Assembly: GCA_040383925.1 (NCBI GenBank)
Contig: JBEICS010000001.1
Span: forward strand, 1-27,480
Length of the DNA stretch: 27,480 nt
Direction: 5' to 3'
Source of the DNA: Acidimicrobiaceae bacterium
GTDB lineage: Bacteria; Actinomycetota; Acidimicrobiia; Acidimicrobiales; Ilumatobacteraceae
A program made the position numbers and the translations under genes. This document shows positions 1 through 8,774 of this stretch, piece by piece (positions within the stretch are counted from its first letter, which is position 1; each line of letters begins with the position of its first letter). The notes beneath the pieces are model-generated. The model was given only the letters and a program-made list of their open reading frames with translations. It made no database searches and had not been told where the DNA came from.

Positions 1-225
1 ATCCAGAGCATCGTCATCGAGGAGAACCGCTTCGGTTTCGAACCCGAGATCACGGCGAAGGTCGCGCGGGGTGGATGGCGGGTGTACGAGGTGGGCATCT
101 CGTACTCGGGGCGCACCTATGCCGAGGGCAAGAAGATCGGCTGGCGCGACGGGGTGCGTGCCTTCTACTGCATCGTGCGCTACTCGGCCATCGGCCAGCG
201 CGTGCGGCGTGCGGTGAAGGGCTGA
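1..225 (+). CDS. Glycosyltransferase family 2 (DPM1/polyprenol-phosphate mannosyltransferase-like), C-terminal fragment, 5'-truncated by the window
   Basis: Frame 1 is open from base 1 to TGA at 223-225: [61 protein letters not shown]. The RFGFEPEIT...EVxISYxGR...GKKIxWRDG tail is characteristic of this GT2 subfamily. Not in the ORF track because it has no start codon in the window. Confidence 0.85.
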   Translation: MQSIVIEENRFGFEPEITAKVARGGWRVYEVGISYSGRTYAEGKKIGWRDGVRAFYCIVRYSAIGQRVRRAVKG

Positions 226-346
226 GGGTGGCGGCCCTCCGGTCGCTGCTCTCGCTACATTGGCAGCGCCGCCGACTGTCGTCCGGCGCTCGCTGCGTGC
301 TCGGTGCGACCACGGGGCATGTGGATCGATTCGAAGGTGAGCACTG

Positions 347-1561
347 ATGTCCGAACCCCACCAGGATGCCGATTTCGTTCTTCGCCGGTTCCGGCGACAG
401 CTCCGCAGGGCCTGGTGGGTCGTTCCCCTGGCGGGTGCAGCGTGTGCCGTGGCCGGCATCGTCGGACTGCCCCGCGACTACACGTCCACCGTCACGCTCG
501 AGGCTGCTGCTGAGGAAGGGGTGCTGTCGTCGGCAGAACTCGTCGTGCCGATGCCTCCGCTGAACGTGGATGTGGCGGCCATCTCGAGCGATCGTTTCGA
601 GAACGAGGTGAGCGACCGGATCGGGAGCAGCGTGAACGCGACGGTGCTCGCTGCCGGCAACGTCGTGACCATCACGGTCGAGAGTTCCTCCCAGCAAGCG
701 GTCAGTGAAGCGGTAGCCGCCTATGTGGAGGGGTTCACCTCGTCACGGCGCACGAGCATGGATCAGGAGTTGGACAAGGTCGCGGCCAACCTCGATTTCG
801 CCCAGCAGGAGAACCTCAAGCGAATCGCTGAGATCGATGCTGAACTCGCCTCCGTCACCGATGCGACGGGCAGCCTGGCGCAGGCTCTCCTGTACGACCG
901 GTCGTTGGCCGCCACCGAGAACGTGAAGGTGTCGAGGCAGATCGACGCCGTGGCGGCGGTGCGCGAGGACCCCACCGCGGGTGTGTCGGTGGGAGACGCG
1001 AACGACCCGAAGGCGTCGGGGGTGACGGTGAGCCGCATCATCCCGGGCGTGTCGCTCGGCATCATCCTGGCGATCGGCCTCCTGTACCTGTTGGCGGTGC
1101 TCGATCACAAGGTGCGCTCGCGGGCCGACCTCGCCGGGCTCACCGGACTCGATGTGCTGGGCGTGCTGCCGAACCGTGGTGCCGACGACCTCGACCAGCG
1201 GGTCGTGGCGCTCATCTCGGCACAGGCGAAGGGCCGTGGGGCTTCTGCTGCGCTGCTGGTTCCCATCGATGCAGCGGCGCAGCGGTCCGACGCGCTGGCA
1301 CGGCTGGTGTCCGCTGCCGGCGACGGACTCGATCTCGGGCTCGCCGACAACATCGGTGGCGACCGATCGGTCCTCGCGTCCGACGTGCCGCTGGTCTTGG
1401 TGGCGGCCGCCGGGGCGACGACCGCCGAGGCCGTGGAGCACGCGGCCAGCGATCTGGCGCTTGCCGGACGGACCGTGCTCGGCTCGCTCCTGGTCGATGT
1501 CGCGCCGTCCGACATGCGCCACGCGGTGGGTAGCGACCGCCGCCGCTCGAGGCTCTACTGA
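347..1561 (+). CDS. Polysaccharide co-polymerase / chain-length determinant (Wzz/Wzc-like) with a degenerate C-terminal kinase-like domain
   Basis: N-terminal TM (AWWVVPLAGAACAVAGIVGL), helical middle region, second TM (IIPGVSLGIILAIGLLYLLAVLD), then HKVRSRADLAGLTGLDVLGVLP, resembling the Wzc D-x-x-I-R...L-G-x-I-P segment. The end (LVLVAAAGATT...GRTVLGSLLVDV) resembles the CpsD/CapB C-terminus. SD-like AAGGTG upstream. Confidence 0.75.
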   Translation: MSEPHQDADFVLRRFRRQLRRAWWVVPLAGAACAVAGIVGLPRDYTSTVTLEAAAEEGVLSSAELVVPMPPLNVDVAAISSDRFENEVSDRIGSSVNATVLAAGNVVTITVESSSQQAVSEAVAAYVEGFTSSRRTSMDQELDKVAANLDFAQQENLKRIAEIDAELASVTDATGSLAQALLYDRSLAATENVKVSRQIDAVAAVREDPTAGVSVGDANDPKASGVTVSRIIPGVSLGIILAIGLLYLLAVLDHKVRSRADLAGLTGLDVLGVLPNRGADDLDQRVVALISAQAKGRGASAALLVPIDAAAQRSDALARLVSAAGDGLDLGLADNIGGDRSVLASDVPLVLVAAAGATTAEAVEHAASDLALAGRTVLGSLLVDVAPSDMRHAVGSDRRRSRLY

Positions 1562-1563
1562 CG

Positions 1564-4317
1564 GTGACCCCGCAGTCGGGCAACGAGCCCGGTGCTGACG
1601 GCGCTGTTCCGTCGGGCAGTAGCCGGTCGTTGGGTGCAGTGGCGCGCTCGCCGCGCGCCCTCATCGCCGTTTCGACAGCCGTCAACCTCGGCGCCTACTT
1701 CCTGCTGTCGAAGTTCGTCGCGGTGCGTAGTGGCGTTGCGGGCATTGCTGTCCTTGGTGTCGTCTCGGCGATCTCGAACATCTTCGCTCTGCTCGCCGAT
1801 GCGAACGTCGGCCCCGAGCTGACCCAACGGGTCGCGGCGCGCCGCCCCGGAGCAGCGGGTGACGAGGACGTGGCCGTGGTCACCAGGGCTGTCTTCCGGA
1901 TCACGGCCGTCGGGTGTGTGGGCCTGCTGGTCGTGCTCGCTGCACTGGCGCCGTGGTTGGGTTCTTGGCTCGATCTGTCGGTGTGGGCCGTGATCGCGGC
2001 TGGTGCCGCAGGTGTTGCCACCATCGCAGCGCAGCAGTGTTTCAACTACCTCAGCGGCCTCGGGGCCACGGGCCGGGTCGCGGCCGGTGGCATCGCCCGG
2101 AGCCTCGCGGTGACCGGGGTGATCGTGCTGACCATGGTGGTGCTCGACAGCTCGTTGCCCTTTGCGTACCTGTTCGGAATGGCCGCTGGAGCGGCTGCAA
2201 TGGCGGCCTTCACCGTCGGTGTGCTGCCTCGCCTTCGCGGCAGCGCACCTCGAGGCATCTACGGCGAGTTGCTCCGAGTCGGAAGCGGGATGACGGCAAC
2301 GTTGGTGGCCTACACCGGTGCCCTGTTCGCCCTGCCGCTGATGGTGCAGGCGTTGGCCGGTACCGAGACCAACGGGTTGTTCAAGGCGGCAGCGCTCGTG
2401 AGCGGCGGTCTGCTCCAGTTCCTGAACTCGACGGTGCGCTACGAGTTCTTCCCGCGGATCAGCGCCGCACCCTCGGCCGAACACGCCGACCGGGCGGTTC
2501 GTGCCGAGCTGCGGCTCCTCGTCGCTGCGATGGGCTGCATGGCGGTGGTGATGGTCGCCCTACGCATGGTCGTGTGGCCGGTGCTGTTGACGGGCGACTT
2601 CGACGGGGCTTCGGGTGTGCTGGTGTGGGTACTGGTCGGCGACCTGCTGCGGGTGTTCGTCACGGTCATCGGCTTCGGGTTGTATGCCCGTATCGGTGTC
2701 AGGTGGCTCCTCGCACTCGAGGCTGTCAACGGCGCCGCACTCGTCGCGCTGGTGTGGTTTGCCGCTGCGCACGATGCCACACCTACGGCCGTCGGCGTGG
2801 CGTACGCAGGAGCGCACCTGGTTGCGGTCGTTGCCGCTGCACTGTTCGCGTCGCGTCGACTCGTGGGTCGGCCGCTGTGGCTCGAGCTGGGTCTGCTGGC
2901 GATGTGTGCCGCCCTGGTAGCGGTCACGGCCCTTGCCTCAGACCGCTCGACCTGGCTCGGCATCGCCCTTGCGGTCGTGTCGGTCGCGGTGCTCGGGAAC
3001 CTGGTCCGCGCAGCTCGGCGGCAGGGGCGCTCGGCGCCGAACCAACCATGGGTGACGGCGGGGGCTGTTCGGTACAGCGACGTGGCACCCCGCCATGGAC
3101 TCGGCCTACGCCATGGCATCGTGCTCGGTGGCATCACGGTGCTCGGTACGGCTACCCAGCTGCGCTCCGCCGGCGGCGTCGGCCCGGCCGAGGTGCTGCT
3201 GGTGCTGTTCCTCGCCGCCACCTGGCGGGCGAGTGGCCTGGTCACGCGATGGTGGGCCCCTTCTCGAGTCACGCGAGCGCTTCTGGTGTTCGCCGTGATG
3301 TCGACAGCGGGGGCGCTGATGGGATCGCTCGTCTTCGACGAGGATCTGGTCGCCATGGTGCTGAGGCTCTCGGTGCCGGTTCTGCTGCTCGTGGTGGTGT
3401 GCTACGCGATGACCCGGCCCGATCCGGCGCGGCTGCTGAAGCCCTGGGCGCTCACTTTCGGTCTTGGCTTCCTCGCCACCCAGTCGATGCTGCTCGTCGC
3501 CAGCCGGGTCACCGGCTCGGTCGGGCCATTCGTTCCGATGTACTTCGACATCCGGTTCCAGGGCTGGACCACGAATCCGAACCAGTTGGCATTCCTGACG
3601 GCTGTTGCCTGCGGCGCGGTCCTGTTGTCGGGTATGCGGAGCGTGGTGGTTCGCGTCGCTGCCGTGGTCGCCGCGCTGGGCATCGGGGCAGCGTCGCTCA
3701 GCGATGGTTTCCGCCTGGCGTTGATGGTGGGAGTGATGGCACTGCTGTTGCTCTCGGTCACCTCGGCAGCCCGTCGAACGGCGCCGCTGGCGCGCCTGTG
3801 CTCGTGGGTCGCCATCGCCCTGGGCGGCGTCGGCGTTGCGTTGCTGTGGCCTCGGATGCTCAGCCGAGCCGAGGGTGTGGCATCGGCAGGCAACCAGGGT
3901 TCCGACCGACTGTCGCTGTGGAAGGCCTGTGTCCATGCGATCGGGCAGTCGCCGCTGACAGGCCTCGGTCCCGGGGGGCACGCGTCGCTGCCTACCGTGG
4001 CCGAGCCGATGGAGTGCCACAACTCGCTGCTCGATGTGGCGTCATCCGCGGGGCTGATCGCCGGTGCGGTGTTCGTGCTGCTGATCGTCGCGCTCATCGG
4101 CCGCGCCTGGCGTCGTCTCGACCGGGTGGCGGTCTTCGTTCTGGTCCAACTGTCGGTGATGACGATGTTCGGCTATCTCCTGCGCTATCCGCCGCTGTGG
4201 TTGCTGCTGGCGCTGATCGAGGTGCGTCTCTTCCCGTGCAGGCGTCGCCAGAGCCGTGGTGGTAGCTCGTTCCGTAGCGGGGAACCCGTCCTTGCCACGC
4301 CTGGGGTCGACCGCTAG
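1564..4317 (+). CDS. Fused oligosaccharide flippase (Wzx/MOP family, N-half) and O-antigen polymerase/ligase-like protein (Wzy_C/WaaL, C-half)
   Basis: One 917-aa frame. Residues ~30-480 are polytopic with flippase-like segments (GVAGIAVLGVVSAISNIF; GLFKAAALVSG...VRYEFFPRISA; VLVWVLVGDLLRV). Residues ~510-900 carry Wzy_C/WaaL motifs (RFQGWTTNPNQLA; SDRLSLWKACVHAIGQSPLTGLGPG; CHNSLLDVASSAGLIAG). Confidence 0.8.
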   Translation: MTPQSGNEPGADGAVPSGSSRSLGAVARSPRALIAVSTAVNLGAYFLLSKFVAVRSGVAGIAVLGVVSAISNIFALLADANVGPELTQRVAARRPGAAGDEDVAVVTRAVFRITAVGCVGLLVVLAALAPWLGSWLDLSVWAVIAAGAAGVATIAAQQCFNYLSGLGATGRVAAGGIARSLAVTGVIVLTMVVLDSSLPFAYLFGMAAGAAAMAAFTVGVLPRLRGSAPRGIYGELLRVGSGMTATLVAYTGALFALPLMVQALAGTETNGLFKAAALVSGGLLQFLNSTVRYEFFPRISAAPSAEHADRAVRAELRLLVAAMGCMAVVMVALRMVVWPVLLTGDFDGASGVLVWVLVGDLLRVFVTVIGFGLYARIGVRWLLALEAVNGAALVALVWFAAAHDATPTAVGVAYAGAHLVAVVAAALFASRRLVGRPLWLELGLLAMCAALVAVTALASDRSTWLGIALAVVSVAVLGNLVRAARRQGRSAPNQPWVTAGAVRYSDVAPRHGLGLRHGIVLGGITVLGTATQLRSAGGVGPAEVLLVLFLAATWRASGLVTRWWAPSRVTRALLVFAVMSTAGALMGSLVFDEDLVAMVLRLSVPVLLLVVVCYAMTRPDPARLLKPWALTFGLGFLATQSMLLVASRVTGSVGPFVPMYFDIRFQGWTTNPNQLAFLTAVACGAVLLSGMRSVVVRVAAVVAALGIGAASLSDGFRLALMVGVMALLLLSVTSAARRTAPLARLCSWVAIALGGVGVALLWPRMLSRAEGVASAGNQGSDRLSLWKACVHAIGQSPLTGLGPGGHASLPTVAEPMECHNSLLDVASSAGLIAGAVFVLLIVALIGRAWRRLDRVAVFVLVQLSVMTMFGYLLRYPPLWLLLALIEVRLFPCRRRQSRGGSSFRSGEPVLATPGVDR

Positions 4318-4375
4318 AGCCAGCAGGGCCGGCGGGCGAGATCCCCGAATCTTTGCGACCGGTCGGGCGCCGAAG

Positions 4376-4381
4376 TACCTT
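4376..4381 (+). promoter_or_regulatory. Putative -10 element (TACCTT) of a leaderless transcript starting at GTG 4388
   Basis: TAnnnT hexamer 6 nt upstream of an in-frame GTG with no SD, which is the usual actinobacterial leaderless geometry. Pattern match only. Confidence 0.35.
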
Positions 4382-4387
4382 CATCCT

Positions 4388-5764
4388 GTGGCCCGAGTCC
4401 GGTTGATCGTCGGATTGCTCGGATGGGCCTTGCTCGCTGTGGTGGTAACCACAGCCAACGATGGGCGAGGCTTCTCGCGTTCGTCGGAGATTCGGGGCCT
4501 AGAGAAGGAGTCTGCAGGAACGGGTGGCGATGGTCAGCTCGTTTGGTCGGCTCGGTCGACGGAAATCGCCGTGACGTTCGGTGCTGCGAATCCGCAGGAG
4601 GGCATCGACTACCGAGTACGGGTTTCGCTCCCTGAACGACCCGAGATGGAGGTGGGGGGTTGCGCCATTTCCCGATCCTGGATTGCATCCTTCTGCGTGG
4701 TGCACGGATTGACAGACGACACGACCTACGCGCTCGATGTCTTGCAGATCGACTCAGAAGGGCGGCAAACACCAGTGGTGGAGGGACTCGTCGTGGCCAC
4801 CTCGAGTCATTCGATCGAATCTGCCATCGCTAGCCCTGCACAGGCCGCGGCCGAGCGCGATCGTCTCCGGTCGGTGGTCTTTGGATCCGAGGAACCGCTG
4901 GAGGCTGTTGAGACCTCAATGACATCCGACATCTGCACCGAAGACCCTGGGTTCCTCTACTGCACTCCGGACTTCACTGCCGTGGCCCGGATCGATCTGC
5001 TGCGGGTCGAGATGGCCTTGGGTCTGGAGTCGTTGGTAGGGGTACTCGAACCCGACGAGCCGCGCGGAGCGATTGTCTATCACCGCGGACACGAGGGAGG
5101 GGAGACACCGAACTTTCGAGCGAACATCTTGGGGTTGTTGGAGCGCGGCTACGCGGTAGCCATCGTTTCAATGCCACTCTTCCCGCCGAATGCTCCGGCG
5201 ATCGTGCTGGATGGAGGCCGATTCGGCGTCCTTCACCTGAACACCCACGACGACTTCGCGTTCGTTGAGGCCTTCGACGAAACGGGCCCTCTGAAGTTGT
5301 TCCTCCAGCCTGCGCTGGCCGTGATCGACTACTTCGCCGACCGGTCCGGCCCGTTGGGAATGCTCGGGCTGAGCGGTGGCGGTTGGACCACCACGATGGT
5401 TGCTGCACTCGACCCTCGTGTCGAGGTGTCGGTCGCTGTTGCGGGCAGTGTGCCGTTCACCTATCGCATGGGTGTCACCGAGAATCGCGGCGACTGGGAG
5501 CAGCGGCTTCCGCGCGTGGCGGGGAGCATCGATTACACCGACCTCTACCTCCTCGCGACCACTGATAGCCGCACCGCGTACGTCGTGTCGCACGATGACG
5601 ACCCGTGCTGCTTCGCCTCGGCCGGCGGCACTCGTGCTTGGGAAACCGAGTTGTCCGATGACGCGGCGCGCTGGGGTGGGCGGCTCGAGTTCCCACACCT
5701 CGATGCGCCCACCCACGACATTCAGCCCGAGACCCTTGCACTGCTGCTCGAACTGCTGGGCTGA
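4388..5764 (+). CDS. Membrane-anchored or secreted alpha/beta-hydrolase (esterase-like) with an N-terminal FN3-like domain
   Basis: Start moved from 4256 to GTG 4388 (the longer frame overlaps the upstream gene). Hydrophobic N-terminus (LIVGLLGWALLAVVVTTA), FN3-like strand pattern (HGLTDDTTYALDVLQ), oxyanion-like segment (IVYHRGHEG), nucleophile elbow GLSGGG followed by AALDPRV, candidate acid (DDDPCCF) and His (THDI). Confidence 0.65.
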   Translation: MARVRLIVGLLGWALLAVVVTTANDGRGFSRSSEIRGLEKESAGTGGDGQLVWSARSTEIAVTFGAANPQEGIDYRVRVSLPERPEMEVGGCAISRSWIASFCVVHGLTDDTTYALDVLQIDSEGRQTPVVEGLVVATSSHSIESAIASPAQAAAERDRLRSVVFGSEEPLEAVETSMTSDICTEDPGFLYCTPDFTAVARIDLLRVEMALGLESLVGVLEPDEPRGAIVYHRGHEGGETPNFRANILGLLERGYAVAIVSMPLFPPNAPAIVLDGGRFGVLHLNTHDDFAFVEAFDETGPLKLFLQPALAVIDYFADRSGPLGMLGLSGGGWTTTMVAALDPRVEVSVAVAGSVPFTYRMGVTENRGDWEQRLPRVAGSIDYTDLYLLATTDSRTAYVVSHDDDPCCFASAGGTRAWETELSDDAARWGGRLEFPHLDAPTHDIQPETLALLLELLG

Positions 5765-5768
5765 TGCA

Positions 5769-5790
5769 CCGCCAGGGGCTGCCCCTGCGG
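5769..5790 (+). terminator. GC-rich hairpin just after the hydrolase stop
   Basis: CAGGGGC-T-GCCCCTG perfect inverted repeat (5773-5787), extendable by CCG/CGG across a one-base bulge. No U-tract. Confidence 0.3.
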
Positions 5791-5851
5791 GGGAGGAGCA
5801 GGCCGGTAGAGTCCCAGAGACTCATGCGGCCGCCTCCGGCACCGTGGCGGC

Positions 5852-7312
5852 GTGCCAAGTATCGATCGGAGACATGGATTGGTCGCGAGATCAGGCGACG
5901 GCGCAGGGAGCAGAGCTGCGCTCGAACATGTGGTCGAGGCTGCTGACGGATTCGGACGCGAAGCCATTGCAGCCGCTGTCGAACGCGCCGTACGTGAGGC
6001 GAGGTTCTCGGACGAACCCACCGACGCTCGTGGGCTGTTCGCCGACCTCGTGGCTCCTGGCAGGCGAGCCTTTGTACTGGTCAACCATGTCATGCATCGC
6101 CGCGACGATGAATCGCGCGACAACTTCGATGCCAAGGTCACCGACGCCGAGGTGATCGGTGCCGTCACCGATCTCGTTGCGCAGGCCACCGGTAGCCGTC
6201 GGCTGCTCGCCATCGGCAACTCACCCCTGCAGGGCTGCGATCACGCTCGTGTCGTCGAGGAGTCCGGCATGGTCGACGTGCTCGAGCGGTGGGACGGGGC
6301 CGACCGACCGGATCTGGTCGATCTGCGAGGTGTCGTGTCGACATGGAGCCGAGTGGGTGCGAAGTTGAGCGAGGAACGGCGCTCGCCCTCCGACGCGGTC
6401 GAGGTCGACCTTGGGCCACACAGCCTGCTCGAACAACTCTACGCTGGCGGCCGGATGCCCCAGTTCCGCGTAGGTGACTATGCCGCCGACGAGACCGAGA
6501 GTTACCACGCGCAGGGACGGCACGTGTACGCCGTGCACCGTCGACTGCTCGAGTCCGACCTCATTGTCAGCGTGCCCACCTTGAAGACCCACCAGAAGGT
6601 GGGTATCACCTGTGCGTTGAAGGGCACGGTCGGCGCCATCAACCTCAAGCAGTGCCTCGCCCATCACCGCCTCGGAGGCCCCGGTGAGGGGGGCGACGAG
6701 TATTCGCCCGACGGCATGTTGCGCAAGATCGCCTCACGGCTCGCCGAGCGGGCAGGGGGGCTGGGTACCGGACTGCTGGCGAACGCCGAACGGGTGGTGT
6801 CGAAGATCGCCTATCGAGGCGCCCGGTTGCCCGAGCGCTCGTTCATGGGCGGCGCCTGGAGCGGCAACGACACCGCATGGCGGATGACGCTCGACATCGC
6901 CCGCGTGCTCCGATTCGCTCGGCCCGACGGTTCGTTGGCCGACGAGCCGCAACGCCGTCACGTGGCCGTCATCGACGGGCTGATCGCTGGTGAGGGCGAG
7001 GGTCCGCTGCGACCGACCGCGCGGCACGAGGGCGTCATCATCGCGGGGACGAACCCCGTGGTGGCCGATGTGCTCGCGGCACTCGCCATGGGCTGGGATC
7101 CGCGAGCGCTGAATCTGCTCGTGAATGCCGTGGGGATCGATCAGTTCCCTGTGGTCGACATCGACGGTCTCGATGCGATGATGCTCGTCGCTGACGGCAA
7201 CGAGTTCACGATGTCGACGGCGCCGCGCCTCACCAGCAAGCCCTTCCGTCCTCCGAAGGGCTGGGCTCCTGCCGACCTGTTCCTCGGCCTCGAGGGCGGG
7301 GTATCGGTGTGA
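5852..7312 (+). CDS. DUF362 domain-containing protein
   Basis: DUF362-type motifs: VPTLKTHQKVGITCALKGTVG, VIDGLIAGEGEGP, DVLAALAMGWDP. GTGA overlap with the next gene at 7309-7312. Start position uncertain. Confidence 0.75.
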   Translation: MPSIDRRHGLVARSGDGAGSRAALEHVVEAADGFGREAIAAAVERAVREARFSDEPTDARGLFADLVAPGRRAFVLVNHVMHRRDDESRDNFDAKVTDAEVIGAVTDLVAQATGSRRLLAIGNSPLQGCDHARVVEESGMVDVLERWDGADRPDLVDLRGVVSTWSRVGAKLSEERRSPSDAVEVDLGPHSLLEQLYAGGRMPQFRVGDYAADETESYHAQGRHVYAVHRRLLESDLIVSVPTLKTHQKVGITCALKGTVGAINLKQCLAHHRLGGPGEGGDEYSPDGMLRKIASRLAERAGGLGTGLLANAERVVSKIAYRGARLPERSFMGGAWSGNDTAWRMTLDIARVLRFARPDGSLADEPQRRHVAVIDGLIAGEGEGPLRPTARHEGVIIAGTNPVVADVLAALAMGWDPRALNLLVNAVGIDQFPVVDIDGLDAMMLVADGNEFTMSTAPRLTSKPFRPPKGWAPADLFLGLEGGVSV

Positions 7313-8730
7313 GTCTGCAGGAGACGGTGTACGAGCGTTCGCCGGTGTTGGTCCAGCACGCCCTGGTGTCGATGCGCGGGGCGAACTTCCGCTTCCGGCG
7401 GTCGAACGATCGGGCCATGCGCGCAGCCTTGAGTGACCTGCTCGCTTCAGAGGCGCTGAGTGTCGACGAGCGACGCGCCCGGCGCAGTCGGGAGCTCGGC
7501 GAGTTCCTGAAGGCCGCCGTCGAATCGACGCCGTACTACCGCGAGTTGCACGCTGCGGGTCAGTTCCCTCCGGTCTGGCGCGACGACGACCCGCTGTCGG
7601 CCTTTGCGGCTGTCCCACTGCTCGACAAGGCCCGGGTTCGAGGCCATGAGGCCGACTTCTACGCGGAGGCGATCGACCCAGGGCGGACGGTGGTGGGCTT
7701 TACGAGCGGTACCACCGGCTCGCCGATGAAGATTCGGGAGACTTCGGCGTCGCTGTCGAAGCGTTTCGCGTTCGTTGCGCGCCTTCGAACGTGGGCTGGC
7801 CTGGCCGAGGTGGTCCACCCGCGCCGCGCCCAGTTCACCGGCCGGGCCATCTGCCAGGAGCGGCCACCGTTCTGGCGGCGGAACCTCGCCGACAACGCGC
7901 TCCTGTTGTCGACTGTGCACCTCTCCGAACGCGCTGCCGCAGGCTATGCCGACGCCATTGCCTCGTTCCGGCCCGTGCTGATGGACGGCTATCCGTCGGC
8001 CATGCTCGCCCTCGCCAGGCTCGCCGCGGTGCAAGGGATCGCCTTGCCGCAGGTCCCGGTTGTCATTGTCTCTGCCGAGACACTCACCCCGGAGATGCGT
8101 GCCACCATCGGGTCGGCATTCGGCGCAACGGTGTACAACCAGTACGCCGCGTCGGAACCGAGTTGCTTCTGGAGCGACTGCGAGTTCGGCAACATGCACA
8201 TCCACGAGGAGTACGGCATCTCGGAGATCCTCGACGCCTCGGGCGCCCCGGTGGCCCCCGGCGAGACCGGCGAGGTGGTGGTGACCTCACTGCTCAATCC
8301 CGCCATGCCCCTGATCCGTTACCGAACGGGCGACCTGGCTCGTCGAGGTCTCGACACGTCGTGTCCCTGCGGACGCAACCTGCCACTCGTCGCGGAGGTC
8401 CTCGGTCGCACCGACGACATCCTGTACACCCCGAGTCGCGGCTATGTCGGTCGGCTCGATCCGATCTTCAAGGGGGTCACCGGCATCATCGAGTCGCAGG
8501 TCGTCCAGGAAGATCTCCAGCACATCCGTCTGCTCGTGGTGCCCGAGCCGGGCATCTGGGGCGCTGAACCGCAGGCCAAGCTGTTGCACAACCTGCTCGC
8601 CAAGGTGGGGTCCGACCAACAGGTGACGGTGGAACTGGTCGACGAGATCCCGCGCGGCGCCAACGGGAAGTTCCGTTCGGTCATCACCAGGTGCCGCAGC
8701 GACTATCCCCTCGACCTGCAGCCCTACTGA
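7309..8730 (+). CDS. CapK-like / phenylacetate-CoA ligase family adenylate-forming enzyme
   Basis: ANL-superfamily motifs FTSGTTGSP, YAASE, PLIRYRTGD, GRTDD and NGKFRSV. N-terminus (YERSPVLVQHALVSMRG) is typical of polysaccharide-locus CapK homologues. Confidence 0.8.
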   Translation: MSLQETVYERSPVLVQHALVSMRGANFRFRRSNDRAMRAALSDLLASEALSVDERRARRSRELGEFLKAAVESTPYYRELHAAGQFPPVWRDDDPLSAFAAVPLLDKARVRGHEADFYAEAIDPGRTVVGFTSGTTGSPMKIRETSASLSKRFAFVARLRTWAGLAEVVHPRRAQFTGRAICQERPPFWRRNLADNALLLSTVHLSERAAAGYADAIASFRPVLMDGYPSAMLALARLAAVQGIALPQVPVVIVSAETLTPEMRATIGSAFGATVYNQYAASEPSCFWSDCEFGNMHIHEEYGISEILDASGAPVAPGETGEVVVTSLLNPAMPLIRYRTGDLARRGLDTSCPCGRNLPLVAEVLGRTDDILYTPSRGYVGRLDPIFKGVTGIIESQVVQEDLQHIRLLVVPEPGIWGAEPQAKLLHNLLAKVGSDQQVTVELVDEIPRGANGKFRSVITRCRSDYPLDLQPY

Positions 8731-8761
8731 CAGCCGCCACCGCACCGCGAACCCGTCGACC

Positions 8762-8767
8762 TATCCT
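8762..8767 (+). promoter_or_regulatory. Putative -10 element (TATCCT) of a leaderless epimerase transcript
   Basis: TAnnnT 7 nt upstream of ATG 8775; no SD between them. Confidence 0.4.
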
Positions 8768-8774
8768 GACGCCC

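Noticed and set aside
1914-4265. Long alternative-frame ORF (783 aa) and the many antisense ORFs such as 1555-2484, 21284-22783 and 23996-25831
   Set aside because: Arg/Gly/Pro-rich shadow frames expected in high-GC DNA, with no motifs, fully overlapping well-supported genes.
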